Below are positions 46,301-58,600 of a stretch of 64,000 nt of DNA, piece after piece. A program made the position numbers and the translations under genes. The notes below the pieces were generated by a model, which saw nothing but the letters and a program-made list of their open reading frames with translations, was not told the origin of the DNA and did no database searches. Numbering within the stretch: position 1 is the first letter of the stretch; each line of letters opens with the position of its first letter. This DNA comes from Heteronotia binoei (taxonomy: Eukaryota): contig NC_083233.1 in assembly GCF_032191835.1 (NCBI RefSeq), positions 25,668,001-25,732,000 of the forward strand. Reading direction: 5' to 3'.

Positions 46301-46868
46301 CAGTAGATGAGTTTTCCCTCTGTGAACTACCTACCTCTGATGTGGGAGATTTAAGGGAAGTTTGGCCATATTAATCTCCACTAAACTTTATGTCACTGTT
46401 AAATCTTTATGTTGAGAAGCTTTTGTTCCAGTGTTTTCTCAAACACTTCTTTGAGTATTCTCCAGCTCTTTTGGTTTCTGGAAGGCTGGTACACTCTTTC
46501 CAGTACCCAAATACCTTGAAACATTGATACTCATCTTGAGTTTTTAACTGACTCCTAAAGTCTCTATAAGTTTCTAATCACACCAGACCAGGTATCTCTG
46601 TACACTTCAGAGCTGTTTGACTGCATAGGAAATTTTCTTCTTCACTCTCTAGAAGATGTATCCCCTTTTCTTGGCCTGAATGAGAGTCTCTAACTACCCA
46701 ATGTTCCTTGCCAATGTCCCCCAGTTTTCCTGTGTTAAACTCTTCTCAGCCAGGGTTGAATTCTGAATTAAAGTCTCCTTCCTGGCATTCAGCTCTAAAG
46801 TCTCTCTCAGCTCAGCTGATACTAACCTAACAGATCTCTTATAACAGCCTGTCACTCATTAGGATTAT

Positions 46869-47087
46869 TTGGGTTGCCAATCTCCAGGTACTGCCTGAAC
46901 ATCTCCGGCTGTTACAACTGATTCCCAGGTAACAGAGATCAGTTTGCCTGGTGAAAATGGCTGCTTTGGAAGATAACCTCTATGGCATAATATACAAATG
47001 AGGTCCCTTCCCTCCCAAAACCCTGCTTTCCTCAGAATCCACTTCCAAAATCTCCAAGTATTTCTCAACCCAGAGTTGGCAACTCTA
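46869..47087. mobile_element. Short TAGGGTTGCCA-family MITE
   Basis: Ends TTGGGTTGCCAA / TTGGCAACTCTA; body GGAGAAAATGGCTGCTTTGG shared with 30525-30718. Confidence 0.75.
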
Positions 47088-47749
47088 GTTAATGTTGAGG
47101 TGATGAATAATGTGAAGGGTCAGGAAAATACAGAATAAAGTCAAGAAAAGTAAGACCTTGATAAGGTTTGCCACTCCCATTTTTTGTAATTGCTTCAAAT
47201 TATAGAGAAAAGGTTAAGGAGCAGAAATATAATGAATGGGAAATTTGGCATTTTAAAAACTGCTGACCTAGATGCACAGTTTCTGAATCCAAAGAACATC
47301 ATCAAGAAACTTTGTATTGCTTACATATGGAACAGAACAGCAAAGCCAGACTCAGTAGTTTATTAATACAGAAATGGAGCTGGGAGAGAGATGGTAAGCA
47401 AAGAAGTTTGGAAGCATCAGTCAGGGGTGCTTTTGATATACCATATACCAATTCTGTAAAGAGGGCAGAATAAGCAATGAGTTCCAATCTGTTTGTCAAG
47501 ACTGTTGCTGTGATTCTTACTTGGATCTCATTATCATCTGTTCAGTTAGCAAAAAGTAACTTCTCACTGGATCCCCAAGTGTGAGTGGCAGCTGACTGTC
47601 ATTTGAACTCCAGGTATCTGCTCCTGCCCCTAGGTACACATCTCTAAAATCTGTGTTGTAAGACCTACTTTAGACAAGCTTTTTGCAATTGTAAATGAGT
47701 TTAGTGGCTCTGATGATAACGATGATAACAATAATGACAAAAACAACAG

Positions 47750-47992
47750 CATTTACTTAGTGGTTTCTTGGTTTATAATCTCCTTGCCCTTCCTGTTCCC
47801 ATAACAGACACCCTGTGAGGTAGCTGGGGTTGAGAGAGCTCTTTTGAGGACTGCTCCGGAGCAGAGCAGCTTTGAGAGAGTTATGTTTGACCCAAGGTCA
47901 CTCCAGTAGTTGCATGTGGGGGAGTGGGGAATTAAATCTGGTTTTCCCAGATAAGAGTCCACAAACTTAACCACTACAACCAAACTGGCTCT
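47750..47992 (-). mobile_element. Squam3-like SINE
   Basis: Ends GATAAGAGTCCACAAACTTAACCACTACAACCAAACTGGCTCT. Confidence 0.8.
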
Positions 47993-47996
47993 TCCC

Positions 47997-48611
47997 TAGG
48001 GTTCCCAAGTCCAACCCCAAAAATATCTGGGGACTTTGGGGGTGGAGCCAGGAGACTTTGGGGGTGGAGCCAGGAGACACTGGGGTGGGGCTAGGGGGGA
48101 GGGGGGGGAAACGGCGAGCCGCCCCATCTCGGAGCGTGCGACGCCGCTGCGCAGCCAGAGCCCATCTCGGAGGAGCAGCCACGGCGAGCAGAGCAGAGAA
48201 GAGACCGCCACGCCGCCGCCGCCTCACCCGCTCGGCCTCTGGGGTGGAAGTGGAGGGGTGTGTGTGGAGGCGGGCCGGGGGCGTGGCGAGCCGCGAGTCC
48301 GGGTCCTAGAAGGGCCCGGATTCGCGGCTCGCCATGCTCCTGGCCTGCCTCGCCCTCCCCTGCGCTGCTGCTGCCTCTTGGCTGCTCCTCTGAGATGGGC
48401 TCAGCCTGGGCTCATCTCGGAGGAGCAGCTGCGATGGGAGGGGAGGGGGCAGCAGTGGCGCAGCGGCCTCGCCGGCTCCGGGATGCGGCGGCTGGCCATG
48501 CTCCCCGGCGCCGTTTCCACCCCCTCCCCCCACTTCCGTTTTTTGGGGGAGCGGGGGAAGAGGGTGGAAATCCTGGGGTCCCCCACCAGGGCGGGAGGGT
48601 TGGGAAGCCTA
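47997..48611 (+). mobile_element. GC/CpG-rich 615-bp non-autonomous hAT
   Basis: TIRs TAGGGTTCCCAA / TTGGGAAGCCTA; TSD CTCTTCCC / CTATTCCC (7 of 8). The first ~95 bp match the start of 19918-20713; the interior is different. Confidence 0.85.
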
Positions 48612-48838
48612 CTATTCCCTGGTGCTATTTCCCCAAGGGAACTGTTCTCTGTAGTCTGGAGATCAGTTGTAATTCCAGGAGAACTCTAGCCATACCTGGA
48701 GGTTGGCAAACCAAGCCACTGTTGATATCTCTATACTGCAGATTTGGGTTGGGTGTGAGACAGAATGATTACCTATGGCCATTTAGTAAATATGTGGGAA
48801 ACATGAGATTTGTACCAGGAATCACAGCCCATTTAGGT

Positions 48839-49212
48839 TAGGGTTGCCGGGTCAATTTATCTGACCAACAGGGGTCTCCTGATGTCCTTACAGGAGACCA
48901 GAAGTGATGTTGGGTATTTTGGGGCCTAGTTCCTGTTTTGCGCCTACTTCTGGTCAGAGTGTGACACTCTGGTTTTGGGGCAAAACTCCATGGTAAATTC
49001 AGCTTCAAACCATAGAGTTTTGACCCAAACCTAGAGTGTTGCTCCCAACTGGAAGGAGGCATGAATCTGGAAGTAAGCCTTTGAAACCAGAAGTAGGCCT
49101 GAAAAAGTCAGTTGGTGATTGGATTTTCCCTCACTGACCAAGTAGCTGGTGGCAGACAAGAGCCTGGAAATGTAGGGGTTCCCTTGCTCCCATTGGAGGG
49201 ATAGCAACCCTA
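48839..49212. mobile_element. TAGGGTTGCC-type hAT MITE
   Basis: Ends TAGGGTTGCC / AGCAACCCTA; TSD ATTTAGGT / ATTTAGGC. Confidence 0.78.
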
Positions 49213-49428
49213 ATTTAGGCTATACTAGCTTCTGAAAAGACACCCCACATGTTCTTATCCTTTATTTAGATAGCTGGTGAGAGATCACAGCTACATTTTC
49301 CTCATGGAGTGCTAACAGTTTTTTGTAGAATGCAGCACTGAAGAATCTTTCTCTATCTGTATTCCAGCAAAAGGACATACCAGGACTGAACTTAAGAGCT
49401 TCTGCATGCAGAGCAGATACTCTAACTG

Positions 49429-49711
49429 GAGGAAGGAGGAGGAGGAGGATATTGGATTTATATCCCACCCCTCACTCTGAATTGCAGAGTGGCTCACAAT
49501 TTCCTTCACCTTCCTCCCCTACAACAGACACCCTGTGAGGTTGGTGGGACTGAGAGAGCTCTCCCAGAAGCTGCCCTTTCAAGGACAGCTCAATGAGACC
49601 TATGGCTGACCCAAGGCCATTCCAGCAGCTGCAAGTGAAGGAGTGGGGAATCAAACCCGGTTCTCCCAGATAAGAGTCCACACACTTAACCACTACACCA
49701 AACTGGCTCTT
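49429..49711 (-). mobile_element. Squam3-like SINE
   Basis: (GGA)n tail, full body, head CACACTTAACCACTACACCAAACTGGCTCT. Confidence 0.88.
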
Positions 49712-51200
49712 GGGTTCTCTTGGGTAAGAGAATTTAAATCTAGTAATTCTTTTCCCAAGGAGCTCAGGGGGCCGTACATGGATCTTCTTTACTCATTTTC
49801 CCCTTCCCAACAACCTTATGAGGTAGGTTAGGCTGAGAGAGAGTGACTGGTCCAAGGTTACCCAGCCAACTTCATGGAGGAATGGTGCTTTGATTTGGGG
49901 TCTCCCAGATATTAAGGTGTAAGATTTCCATATGCCCACTGGAGGAGAGAGAATGCCCCAGTGGTCCCTTCCTACCACTGCTCAGCTGGGTGGTGGGAGG
50001 AAAAAAAAAAGAGGGGGGAGGGTGTTTGGACACAACTTAGTATTCTCTGGATATCACATTCAGTGCAACCAGAAGTGACATCAGCATGCCACCAGTGACA
50101 TTCTAGCAACTAGTCAAAACTTTATGGTTAAACCACAAAGTCTGGGCTAATGGCAGATCACTGCCAATGATGTCCTTATGTTGCTAGCAAAGCCCTACTT
50201 TGGGAGGTACGTCTCTCAGCCCTGATGATGTGACCAGCAATTCAACCCTGAGCACTCTTATACCTGGTTTCTTGAGACATCCCCAGCTCTATGTGCCCCA
50301 CCCACTCAACTGCCTTTCTGTTAAATAATGCCTCTCTTGTGTCAGAGTGGCTTATACATTTTTTGAATATTGAAGTCTGATGACTTGTCTAGCTAACAAA
50401 TCTTACTCACCGGAAGTCTTAAGGGTTACGGTGGGATAGCTCTAGGAAAAAAAGAAGCAAACATTGAAAAATGTCTAAGACAGGATTAATTTAGAGAAGT
50501 GAAGTTGGTGGAGCATTCCTGTGGGTTATTAGACAGACTAGTTTGGCTATCGTGGAAGCCACTTCCTCTCTCCACATCAAAAGGAGGTCAGACAAGAAAG
50601 AAGTTTCCCTTTTTCCTTTTAAGAAGACCAAAGAGTTTCTACAAAGCTGTTAAGTGTTTTGGTTTTTAATTGATTGCTGCCAAACACTGGGAGCCTCGCC
50701 TATAGTTTGGATTATGGGAACACATGACACAAGCTGCTAATTGAAAGGTAACGAGGCTAAAACTTCAGAAAGTGACACTATATAATTGCTGTCATTTAAT
50801 CGCATGCTGTGGTCGTTGAAGCTCTCAACTGGTACAGAATCTGTGAGTTTGGCACATGCTTATGTCTGTTTTTAGCCTAGAGGAACAGGTGAATGGGAAA
50901 AAAATACATGTTTGCAGGTATGATAAATTTGTTCAGAAGGAAGACTACTTTTTCCAGGCATTTATGAAAAAAAAGTGGTCATCTTACAGTGGCATACAAG
51001 TTATAGTTATGTGTGAGTAAGAATTTTTTTTGAGTGTATAGCACCTTTAGGGGAGTTTTCTTATGTTCAGGATTGTCTTACTTTCAGGTAAATACGGTAA
51101 TTGTGAAGACAAATGATTTCCTGTAGTCTCATTGAGTGTCTATTGGTGACAAGATGTTTGTATATTAATTCAATTTATACCTCAGTTTCCTCTCCAATGG

Positions 51201-51490
51201 AAAAAGAAGAAGAGGAAATTGGATTTATACCCCACCCTTCACTAACCAAAGGAGTCTCAGAGTGGCTTACAAATCTCCTTTCCCTTCCCCTCCCCACAAC
51301 AGACACCCTGTGAGGTAGGTGGGTCTGAAAGAGCTCTCCCAAAACTGCTCTTGAGAAGAATAACCTTGGGAGAATTTGTGCACATCAGCAGGTATATGTG
51401 ACATCAGTAGGTGTATGTGAAGGAGTGGGGAATCAAACCCAGTTCTCTCAGGTAAAAGTCCACACACTTAACCACTACATTAAACTAGTT
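51201..51490 (-). mobile_element. Squam3-like SINE
   Basis: (GAA)n tail; CACACTTAACCACTACATTAAACTAGTTCTC head. Confidence 0.82.
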
Positions 51491-53026
51491 CTCAAAGCAG
51501 TTTACAGGGTTTTCCTCCCTCCATTTTATCCTTACAACAGCCTAGTGAGATGGAGTGTGTTGAGGGTTTGGAAATGGCCCAAAGTCACCAGCAAGCTATC
51601 ATGGTAGAGTGGGGATTGGAAACTGGGTCTCCCAGATCCTAGCCAATATTCTACCCACTGCACTACAGGGTTGATATGTGTGGTACAACATATATTCACC
51701 TAGCTGTGCACTGTAGAGGCTCCCTTGTGGATCAGAAGGAGGCAGTGGATCTTGGAGATGACATAACTTGGAGCCATCAGCAAGCTGCTAATTGACCTGG
51801 AATGGGAGTAGGAGGTAGACTAGTCTCAGCAAACTAGGAGGAGCTGGGAAAATTAGATTCAAGGAAGAACAAGGCTTAAAGAGAAGTCAGGAGCAGCAGC
51901 TGGCCCTTTACCAGTGACAGAAGGTTATTGATAGGAGAGGACCTGATGTTGTCCAAGGAGAAGTTATCCCCACCAGAGGAGGAAACATTAATTTGCTACT
52001 GATAGGATAGGTTTAAAGGGAAAGAGTGGAGAGAAGCAGAGGGATATGGGAGTCACTCTTCTAGTGTAAGGAAGTGGATCCTAGACTACAGGTTGATTGT
52101 ACAACAGGACCTGTAGGTGCCCTAAAGGGCGGCAGGAATATATTGGGGAAAAACTATGAAAATCTGCTATTAGATGGGGCAGAAGAAGATGTACATTGCA
52201 ACTCTAAATACAATACATATACTGTATTAAACAAGCTGGCACAAAGTTGCCTGACTGACACATTGTGACCTGTCACCTGATGTTCTGTGACCCTTGTGCT
52301 GCAGCAGATAATTTTAGGGTTTTTGGGAACTCAATATTTTTCAAAGGATGATTGGCTAGCAAGCAACCCCCTTTTTTGGCTATCTCCTTTAAAATGTGGG
52401 TTGGCTCAATACTGGGAGTTACTTGGAATACCTGGATGTACTGTGCTGTGGACATACTGGCTCTGAGATCATGGCACCCTGCAGACTACATACATAAATC
52501 TCTAGGAGATGGATATGTAGACAATGTTGGAAGAATAATTGACACAGCACTGGTGAACAACGTGATTAAAGAATAAAGGTTTATTTAGGAATTAATTTTG
52601 TTTGATAGAAAAGAGAAGAGCCAGAGACAGGACTCTAATGACATCTCTAGCTGAGGAAGAGGGTAAGACTAAGTGTGAAATTTCTGAGAAACAGAAAATT
52701 GCCCTAAGAGTAGCAGTCTGGAGACCGACATGGAATGACACTTAAAGGAGAGAAGGCACTAATCTCTCTATCCTATCTAATTGTCTTCTTGCTGCCCCCT
52801 TCAGGGTCTTCTCCTCTTCATTGTACACAAGACATTGCCTTTTCCAACAGACATTAAAAATACACCAATGCATTCAGGAAGAATTTCAGTCATTTTAGAC
52901 AAGTAGTTAGCTATTACTGCATGTGAATCCCTTGCCTCGCAACTGTTAGTGGACATGAGTTCCTTCCTGAGATAAACTCCCTTGGCGTCAGAAAGCAGGG
53001 AGGGTAAGGGGTGGATGATCCTGGAC

Positions 53027-53348
53027 CAGGGGTGGCCAAACTGTGGCTTGGGAGCACATGTGGCTCTTTGACATATATTGTGTGGCTCTTAAAGCCCCCA
53101 GTGCTCTGTTGGCGTGCTTGAAGAAGGCATTTCTCTCTTTATATCACTTATCCAAGCCAAGGCAGTTGGTGACTTGGAGAATGCATTTAAATTTAAAGTT
53201 GCTTTCTTTCCACCTCTCCCTCCCCCATTTATTTGCCTTCCTTCCTGTTTTGTGGCTCTCAAGCATTTGAAATTCCTATCTTGAGGCTCTCAGACATCTG
53301 ACATTTATTCTATGTGGCTCTTACATTAAGCCAGTTTGGCCACCCCTG
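53027..53348. mobile_element. hAT (Charlie-like) MITE
   Basis: TIRs CAGGGGTGGCCAAACT / AGTTTGGCCACCCCTG; no clean 8-bp TSD. Confidence 0.8.
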
Positions 53349-54212
53349 TGGACCATCAGATCTTTCCACTGGCAGTGTGCAGGATTCAACCTGTATTGGT
53401 TGTAGGGATGTTATCAGATTTCATGGCCACTCTGTAGCATTTGTAAAGTTCCTGTTGCTGACGTGGGCATTCAGGACAAAACTGCATCTACTGCACCCTA
53501 CCTTGGATCTTACTAGCAACATTCACTAGAAATATTGCCAAACATGAAAACTGACTCCTGCTTTTGCATTGATAGCAAATAAATGACATAAAAAGAAATG
53601 GAGAAGGAATATTTGTACAACCCTAATCTGGTGATTTAATACCTCATTTTCACACGGGGCGCCATTGCCATGTGGGAGATCTGTTTTACCTTCACACACG
53701 TGAATCAGTTTGTCATTGGCAACCCGAAAAGCATACTCATGCTTGTAAAAAGTGTGTGTGTTCTTCTAACTCTCATTTTTTGGTGTAATTTTTTTTTAAA
53801 TGAAAGGAGCAGAAAGTATTTTCCATAGTAGTTTTTTTTTTTTAAAAAAGAATTCTCCTAGCAGTGACCTAGATTATATGTCTTCGAATTTTATAATGAA
53901 GAGACAAGAGGAACTGCCTTTTTGTTTTAATGACGATAATAACCGTTAAAATGGTGTAATTATATTTTCCATTTGTACAACATGTTTCATCTGAAACTCT
54001 CCGGGAGCTTTGTCAAACTCTAATTAAGTCTTTTTTAGATAGGTACATAGACTCAAGCCAGAGAAACTGAGGCACTGGCAAAAAAAAAAAAGCCAGTCGA
54101 TGAAGAAGCAGAATGTGCACCTTGGAATGCAATGTCACATTTCTGTCTCTTTCTGTGCAGTGATAGAAAGTCCCTTCCCACCAGTGAACATGATCTGATC
54201 TCCGTTAATATT

Positions 54213-54619
54213 GTTGTTGTTGTTCTGTCGCACAGTCGAGTCCGACTCTTTGTGACTCCATGGACAAAGTCATTCCAAGCCCTCCTGTCTTCTGCCATCC
54301 TCCGAAGTCTGCTCAAATTCATGTTAGTTACATCAGTAACGCTGTCCAGCCATTTCATCTTTTGCCGTTCTCTTCTTCTTTTGCATTCTGTCTTTCCCAG
54401 CATCAGAGTCTTCTCCAGTGAGTGAACTCGTGGGCATTCAATGAAATTGCTGATCAGTTGGGTTAGAATGAATAAAAGGAGGTACTTCTTCACCCAAAGG
54501 ATGATTAACATGTGGAATTCACTGCCACAGGAAGTGGTGGCGGCTACAAGCATAGCCAGCTTCAAGAGGGGGTTAGATAAAAATATGGAGCAGAGGTCCA
54601 TTAGTGGCTATTAGCCACA

Positions 54620-54660
<41 letters not shown>

Positions 54661-55324
54661 AATTTTTGGCTACTGTGTGATACAGAGTGTTGGACTGGAT
54701 GCGCCATTGGCCTGATCCAACATGGCTTCTCTTATGTTCTTATGAGTGCTCCCTTCTCATTTGCTGGCCAAAGAATATGAGCTTCAGCTTCAGCATCTGA
54801 CCTTCCAGGGAACGGTCAGAGTTGATTTCTGTTATAAGTGACTGATTTGATCTTCTTGCAGTCCAAGGGACTCTCAAGATTCTTCTCCAGCACCACAGCT
54901 TGAAAGCATCTATTCTGCTGTGCTCGGCCTCCCTTATGGTCCAACTCTCACAGCCATACATTATTTCTAGGAATACCATCGCTTTGACTATATGGACTTT
55001 TGTTGGCAGGGTGATGTCTCTACTTTTTATTACACTGGCTAGGTTTGCCATAGCTGTCCTCCCAAGGAGCAAACATCTTTTAATTTCATGGCTACAGTCA
55101 CCATCTGCAGTGATCTTGGATCCCAGAAATGTGAAGTCTGTCACTACTTCCATGTCTTCCTTTTCTATTTGCCAAGGTGTGATTGGACTGGATGCCATGA
55201 TCTTAGTTTTTTTTGATTTTTTTAAATTTTTTTGAGCCTACTTTTGTGCTCTTCTCTTTCACCTTTAACAGGAGGTTCTTTAGGTCCTCCTCACTTTCTG
55301 CCATTTTCTCCTCACTTTCTGCCC
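54213..55324 (-). mobile_element. 5'-truncated BovB (RTE-clade) LINE, split by a CR1 tail
   Basis: Translation MASSPITPWQI...DCSHEIKRCLLLGR...YGCESWT...WCWRRILRVPWTARRSNQS...RREHS|LEKTLMLGK...WLDSVTD...VHGVTKSRTRL. (ACA)n tail at 54213-54225; TSD TTAATATT (54205-54212, 55325-55332). Confidence 0.93.
54425..54742 (+). mobile_element. CR1 3' end (TTCTTATG tail) nested in BovB; contains a (TG)n(TA)n microsatellite
   Basis: TSD TGAGTG (54419-54424, 54743-54748); AGGTACTTCTTCACCCAAAGG ORF2 end; ends CTTCTCTTATGTTCTTA. Confidence 0.88.
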
Positions 55325-55659
55325 TTAATATTATTAGAGTCTTAATTGAAAGTGGGTTTCACAAGTATCTATTGTCTACTCCCTTATGAATCTACCTGAC
55401 CCCTACAGTCATCTTTGGAGGCCCTGCTTTGGGTGCCATAGTCTTCTGAGAATAGGTGAGTAGCAACCTAAGAGACAGCCTTCTTGGTAGTGACACCAAA
55501 ACTCTTGAACTCTCTTCCTAGGGAGACTTGTCTGCCCCCTTCTATTGACATCTTTTTTTGTTTGGTGTTTTCTTGGGGATTCCCTTCTTCAGTCCAATGT
55601 TTTAATTGATAAATTGATAAAACAGCAAGCGCTGCGACTGTTTGCAAGGGATGGAGGTA

Positions 55660-58600
55660 TATTTGAACAGTTACCATGTGCAGTGGAGAATGGGATCAAC
55701 AGTGGGTACAATTGAAGGAAAGAAAACAACTGGCTAAGTCAATGGTATTGCCAGGAAAGATTCAAATTTCTGGACCATGGCTTATGCTTTCGAGATGGTG
55801 GTCTTCTATCGAGACATGGTTTGCACCTTATGGCGGCAGGGAAAAGGGTGTTTGGTAACAGCCTTGCTAACCTAATAAGGAGGACTTTAAACTAAATTTT
55901 ATGGGGGAGCAAGACAATAATTCAAAGCCTTGTATGATGCTAGAAACTGGGGATAAGAACATTAAAGATTTGCAGAGAGTGGTGCACATACACTAGGTAA
56001 TGTTAACTTGCAGGCTTGTATGGAAACCAAACCCTTGGGATGCATAAAACATGGATTCCAATGTCTCTAAACTAATGCACATAGTATGGGAAACAAACAG
56101 GAGGAACTGGAAGTCCTAATAAAGGAAGGAGACTATGACATAATAGGCCTTACTGAAACATGATAGGATGACACTCACAACTGGAATATTAGGTTTCAGG
56201 GGTACAACTTATTTAAAAGGGACAGGCAAATGAGAAAGGGTGGAGGCGTAGCAGTATATGTGAAGGAGGTATATATTTGTGAGGAAATATGTGAATTGGA
56301 GCATGGCAGCTCAGTTGAGAGTATCTGGGTAAAAATAAAAGAAGTAAGAAACAACAGTGATATTATTGTGGGGGCCTGCTATAGACCACCAAGTCAGGCA
56401 GAGGACTTGGATGAGATACTTCTATAGCAGATTACAAAGTTCTCCAAGAGAAGGGATACAATGATCATGGGAGATTTCAATTACCCAGACATCTGTTGGG
56501 AAGTCCAACTCTGCTAAAAATGAAAAGTCAAATAGATTCCTGACTTGTCTTGCTAACAACTTCCTTTTCCAGAAAGTGAAGAAGGAAACAAGGGGATCTG
56601 CTATCTTGGATTTGATTCTCACCAACTAGGAAGAATTGATTGAAGTGAAAACAGAGGGCACCCTGGGCAGTAGTGACCATGTGATTTTGGAATTTACAGT
56701 CTTAGGGAAGGGAAAAACTATACGTAGTCAGACTTATAGGCTGGACTTCAGAAAGGCAAACTTTGATAAACTTAGAACTATCTAAGTAAAATCCCATGGT
56801 CAGAAATACTTAGGAGGAAGGGGGTTCAGGAGGGGTGGGAGTTTCTTAAAAGTGAAATACTGAAAGCGCAATCACAGACGATTCCTATGAGAAGAAAAAA
56901 TGGAAAAAGTCTAAAGACACCAAAGTGGCTCCATAAACAGCTCTCTAAAGACTTGAGAAATAAAAAAGACTCCTTTAGGAATTGGAAGGAGGGCCTTATA
57001 ACCAAGGATGAATTTAAACAAATCACCAGTGCTTGTAGAGAAAAAGTTAGGAAGGCTAAAGCTCAGTATGAGCGTAGTCTGGCCAAAGATGCTAAAAACA
57101 ACAAAAAAGGGTTCTTTTCTTATGTTCAGAGTAAGAAAAAGAGCAAGGACATGGTCGGCCCATTGCAAGAGCAAAAAAGTGAAATTGTAACAGGTAATGA
57201 AGAGAGGGCGGAACTGCTCAATTCCTACTTTTCCTCAGTCTTCTCTTCTGAGGGGAACGGTGCTCAACATGGCAAAAACAGAACATATAAAGAGGGTATG
57301 AAGTTCCAACCTAGGATCAGTGTAGAGGTAGTACATAAACACCCAGTTTCTTTAATTGAAACTAAGTCCTCAGGGCCAGATGAATTGCATCCAAGGGTTC
57401 TAAAAGAGCTTGCAGATGTAATTTCTGAGCCTCTGGCTATTATTTTTGAAAATTCTTGGAGAACAGGAGAGGTGCCGGAAGATTGGAGGCAGGTGAATGT
57501 TGTTCCCATCTTCAAGAAGGGGAAAAAAGAGGATCTGGGTAACTACCGACCCATCAGCTTGACTTCTATACCTGGAAATGTTTTAGAACAAATCATCAAA
57601 CAGTCGGTCCTGGAACAATTAGAAAAAATGGATGTGATTACTAAGAGCCAGCATGGTTTTCTCAAGAACAAGTCATGTCAGACTAATCTGATCACTTTTT
57701 TTGAGAAAGTGACTACCTTGCGGGATCAGGGAAATTCTGTAGACGTCGTTTATCTTGATTTCAGTAAGGCTTTTGATAAGGTTCCACATACTATCTGTCC
57801 CGCCCAGCTTGGGCGAGGACTATGCAAGGGGGACCCCCCGGCGCCTGCCAGCCACTCCTGGCCCCCGCCCCGAGAGCCTCCCACACCTTCCCAAGCCCCC
57901 GCGGCGGCCCCACCCCTCACCTGGGCTGACAGAGTGCCAACAGCTGCCCGAACGGCGCCTCTCAGCCCGTCTCTGGGTCCGAGGAGCCTGGCCAGAGCGA
58001 GACGTCGGGGAGCAGGAGGGAGAAGCTGAGCCCAGCGCTGGGCAGAGAGGAGGAGAGCCGCCTGACCCGTGGTGGCGAGAGACGCCGCACCCCAGCACGC
58101 TGCAGAAGTCTGAGACGCCCGAGGCACGCCCAGGCAGCCCAACCCCGGCTCGCCTCTCCCGGGCGTCTGGGTCTTTGAAGGGGGGGAGGAGCCAGAGAGG
58201 GGCAAAACCCAGGAGGGGGGAGGACTGAGACGGGGGGATAAAGGGAGGGAAGGAGGAGGTCGGGGAGGAAGCTGGCCGGTGCTTATTGAGGCTGCCTCGC
58301 GAGAGAGAGGGACAGGAGCCGCAGCACAGCCAGGAGGGGAACGGGGGCCTGCGGTGAAGTAACCTGGCTCCCACCCCTGTTTCTGAGACCTCCGGGGAAT
58401 GCCCCAGAGTGCCCGGGAGGGGCGACGGCGGCGCCGGGAGACCGGGAGAGGTACCCAGAGCGTGACACTATCCTTGTGGACAAGTTGGTAAAATGTCGTT
58501 TCGATCCTTTTACCATTAGGTGGATCTGTAACTGGTTGACAGATTGCACCCAAAGAGTGCTTGTGAATGGTTCCTCATCCTCTTGGAGAGGAGTGACGTG

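Noticed and set aside
47997-48689. Host gene CpG-island promoter or first exon (217-aa ORF, GTGAG donor at ~48228)
   Set aside because: The GC-rich segment is enclosed by hAT TIRs and an 8-bp TSD, so it is best explained as a transposon interior.
54104-54200. C/D-box snoRNA (CGATGA...CTGA)
   Set aside because: Imperfect C box and no terminal stem.
56887-58553. 380-aa and 267-aa ORFs as host genes
   Set aside because: The first is CR1 ORF2 read into the LTR-like insert; the second is antisense GC-rich insert sequence.
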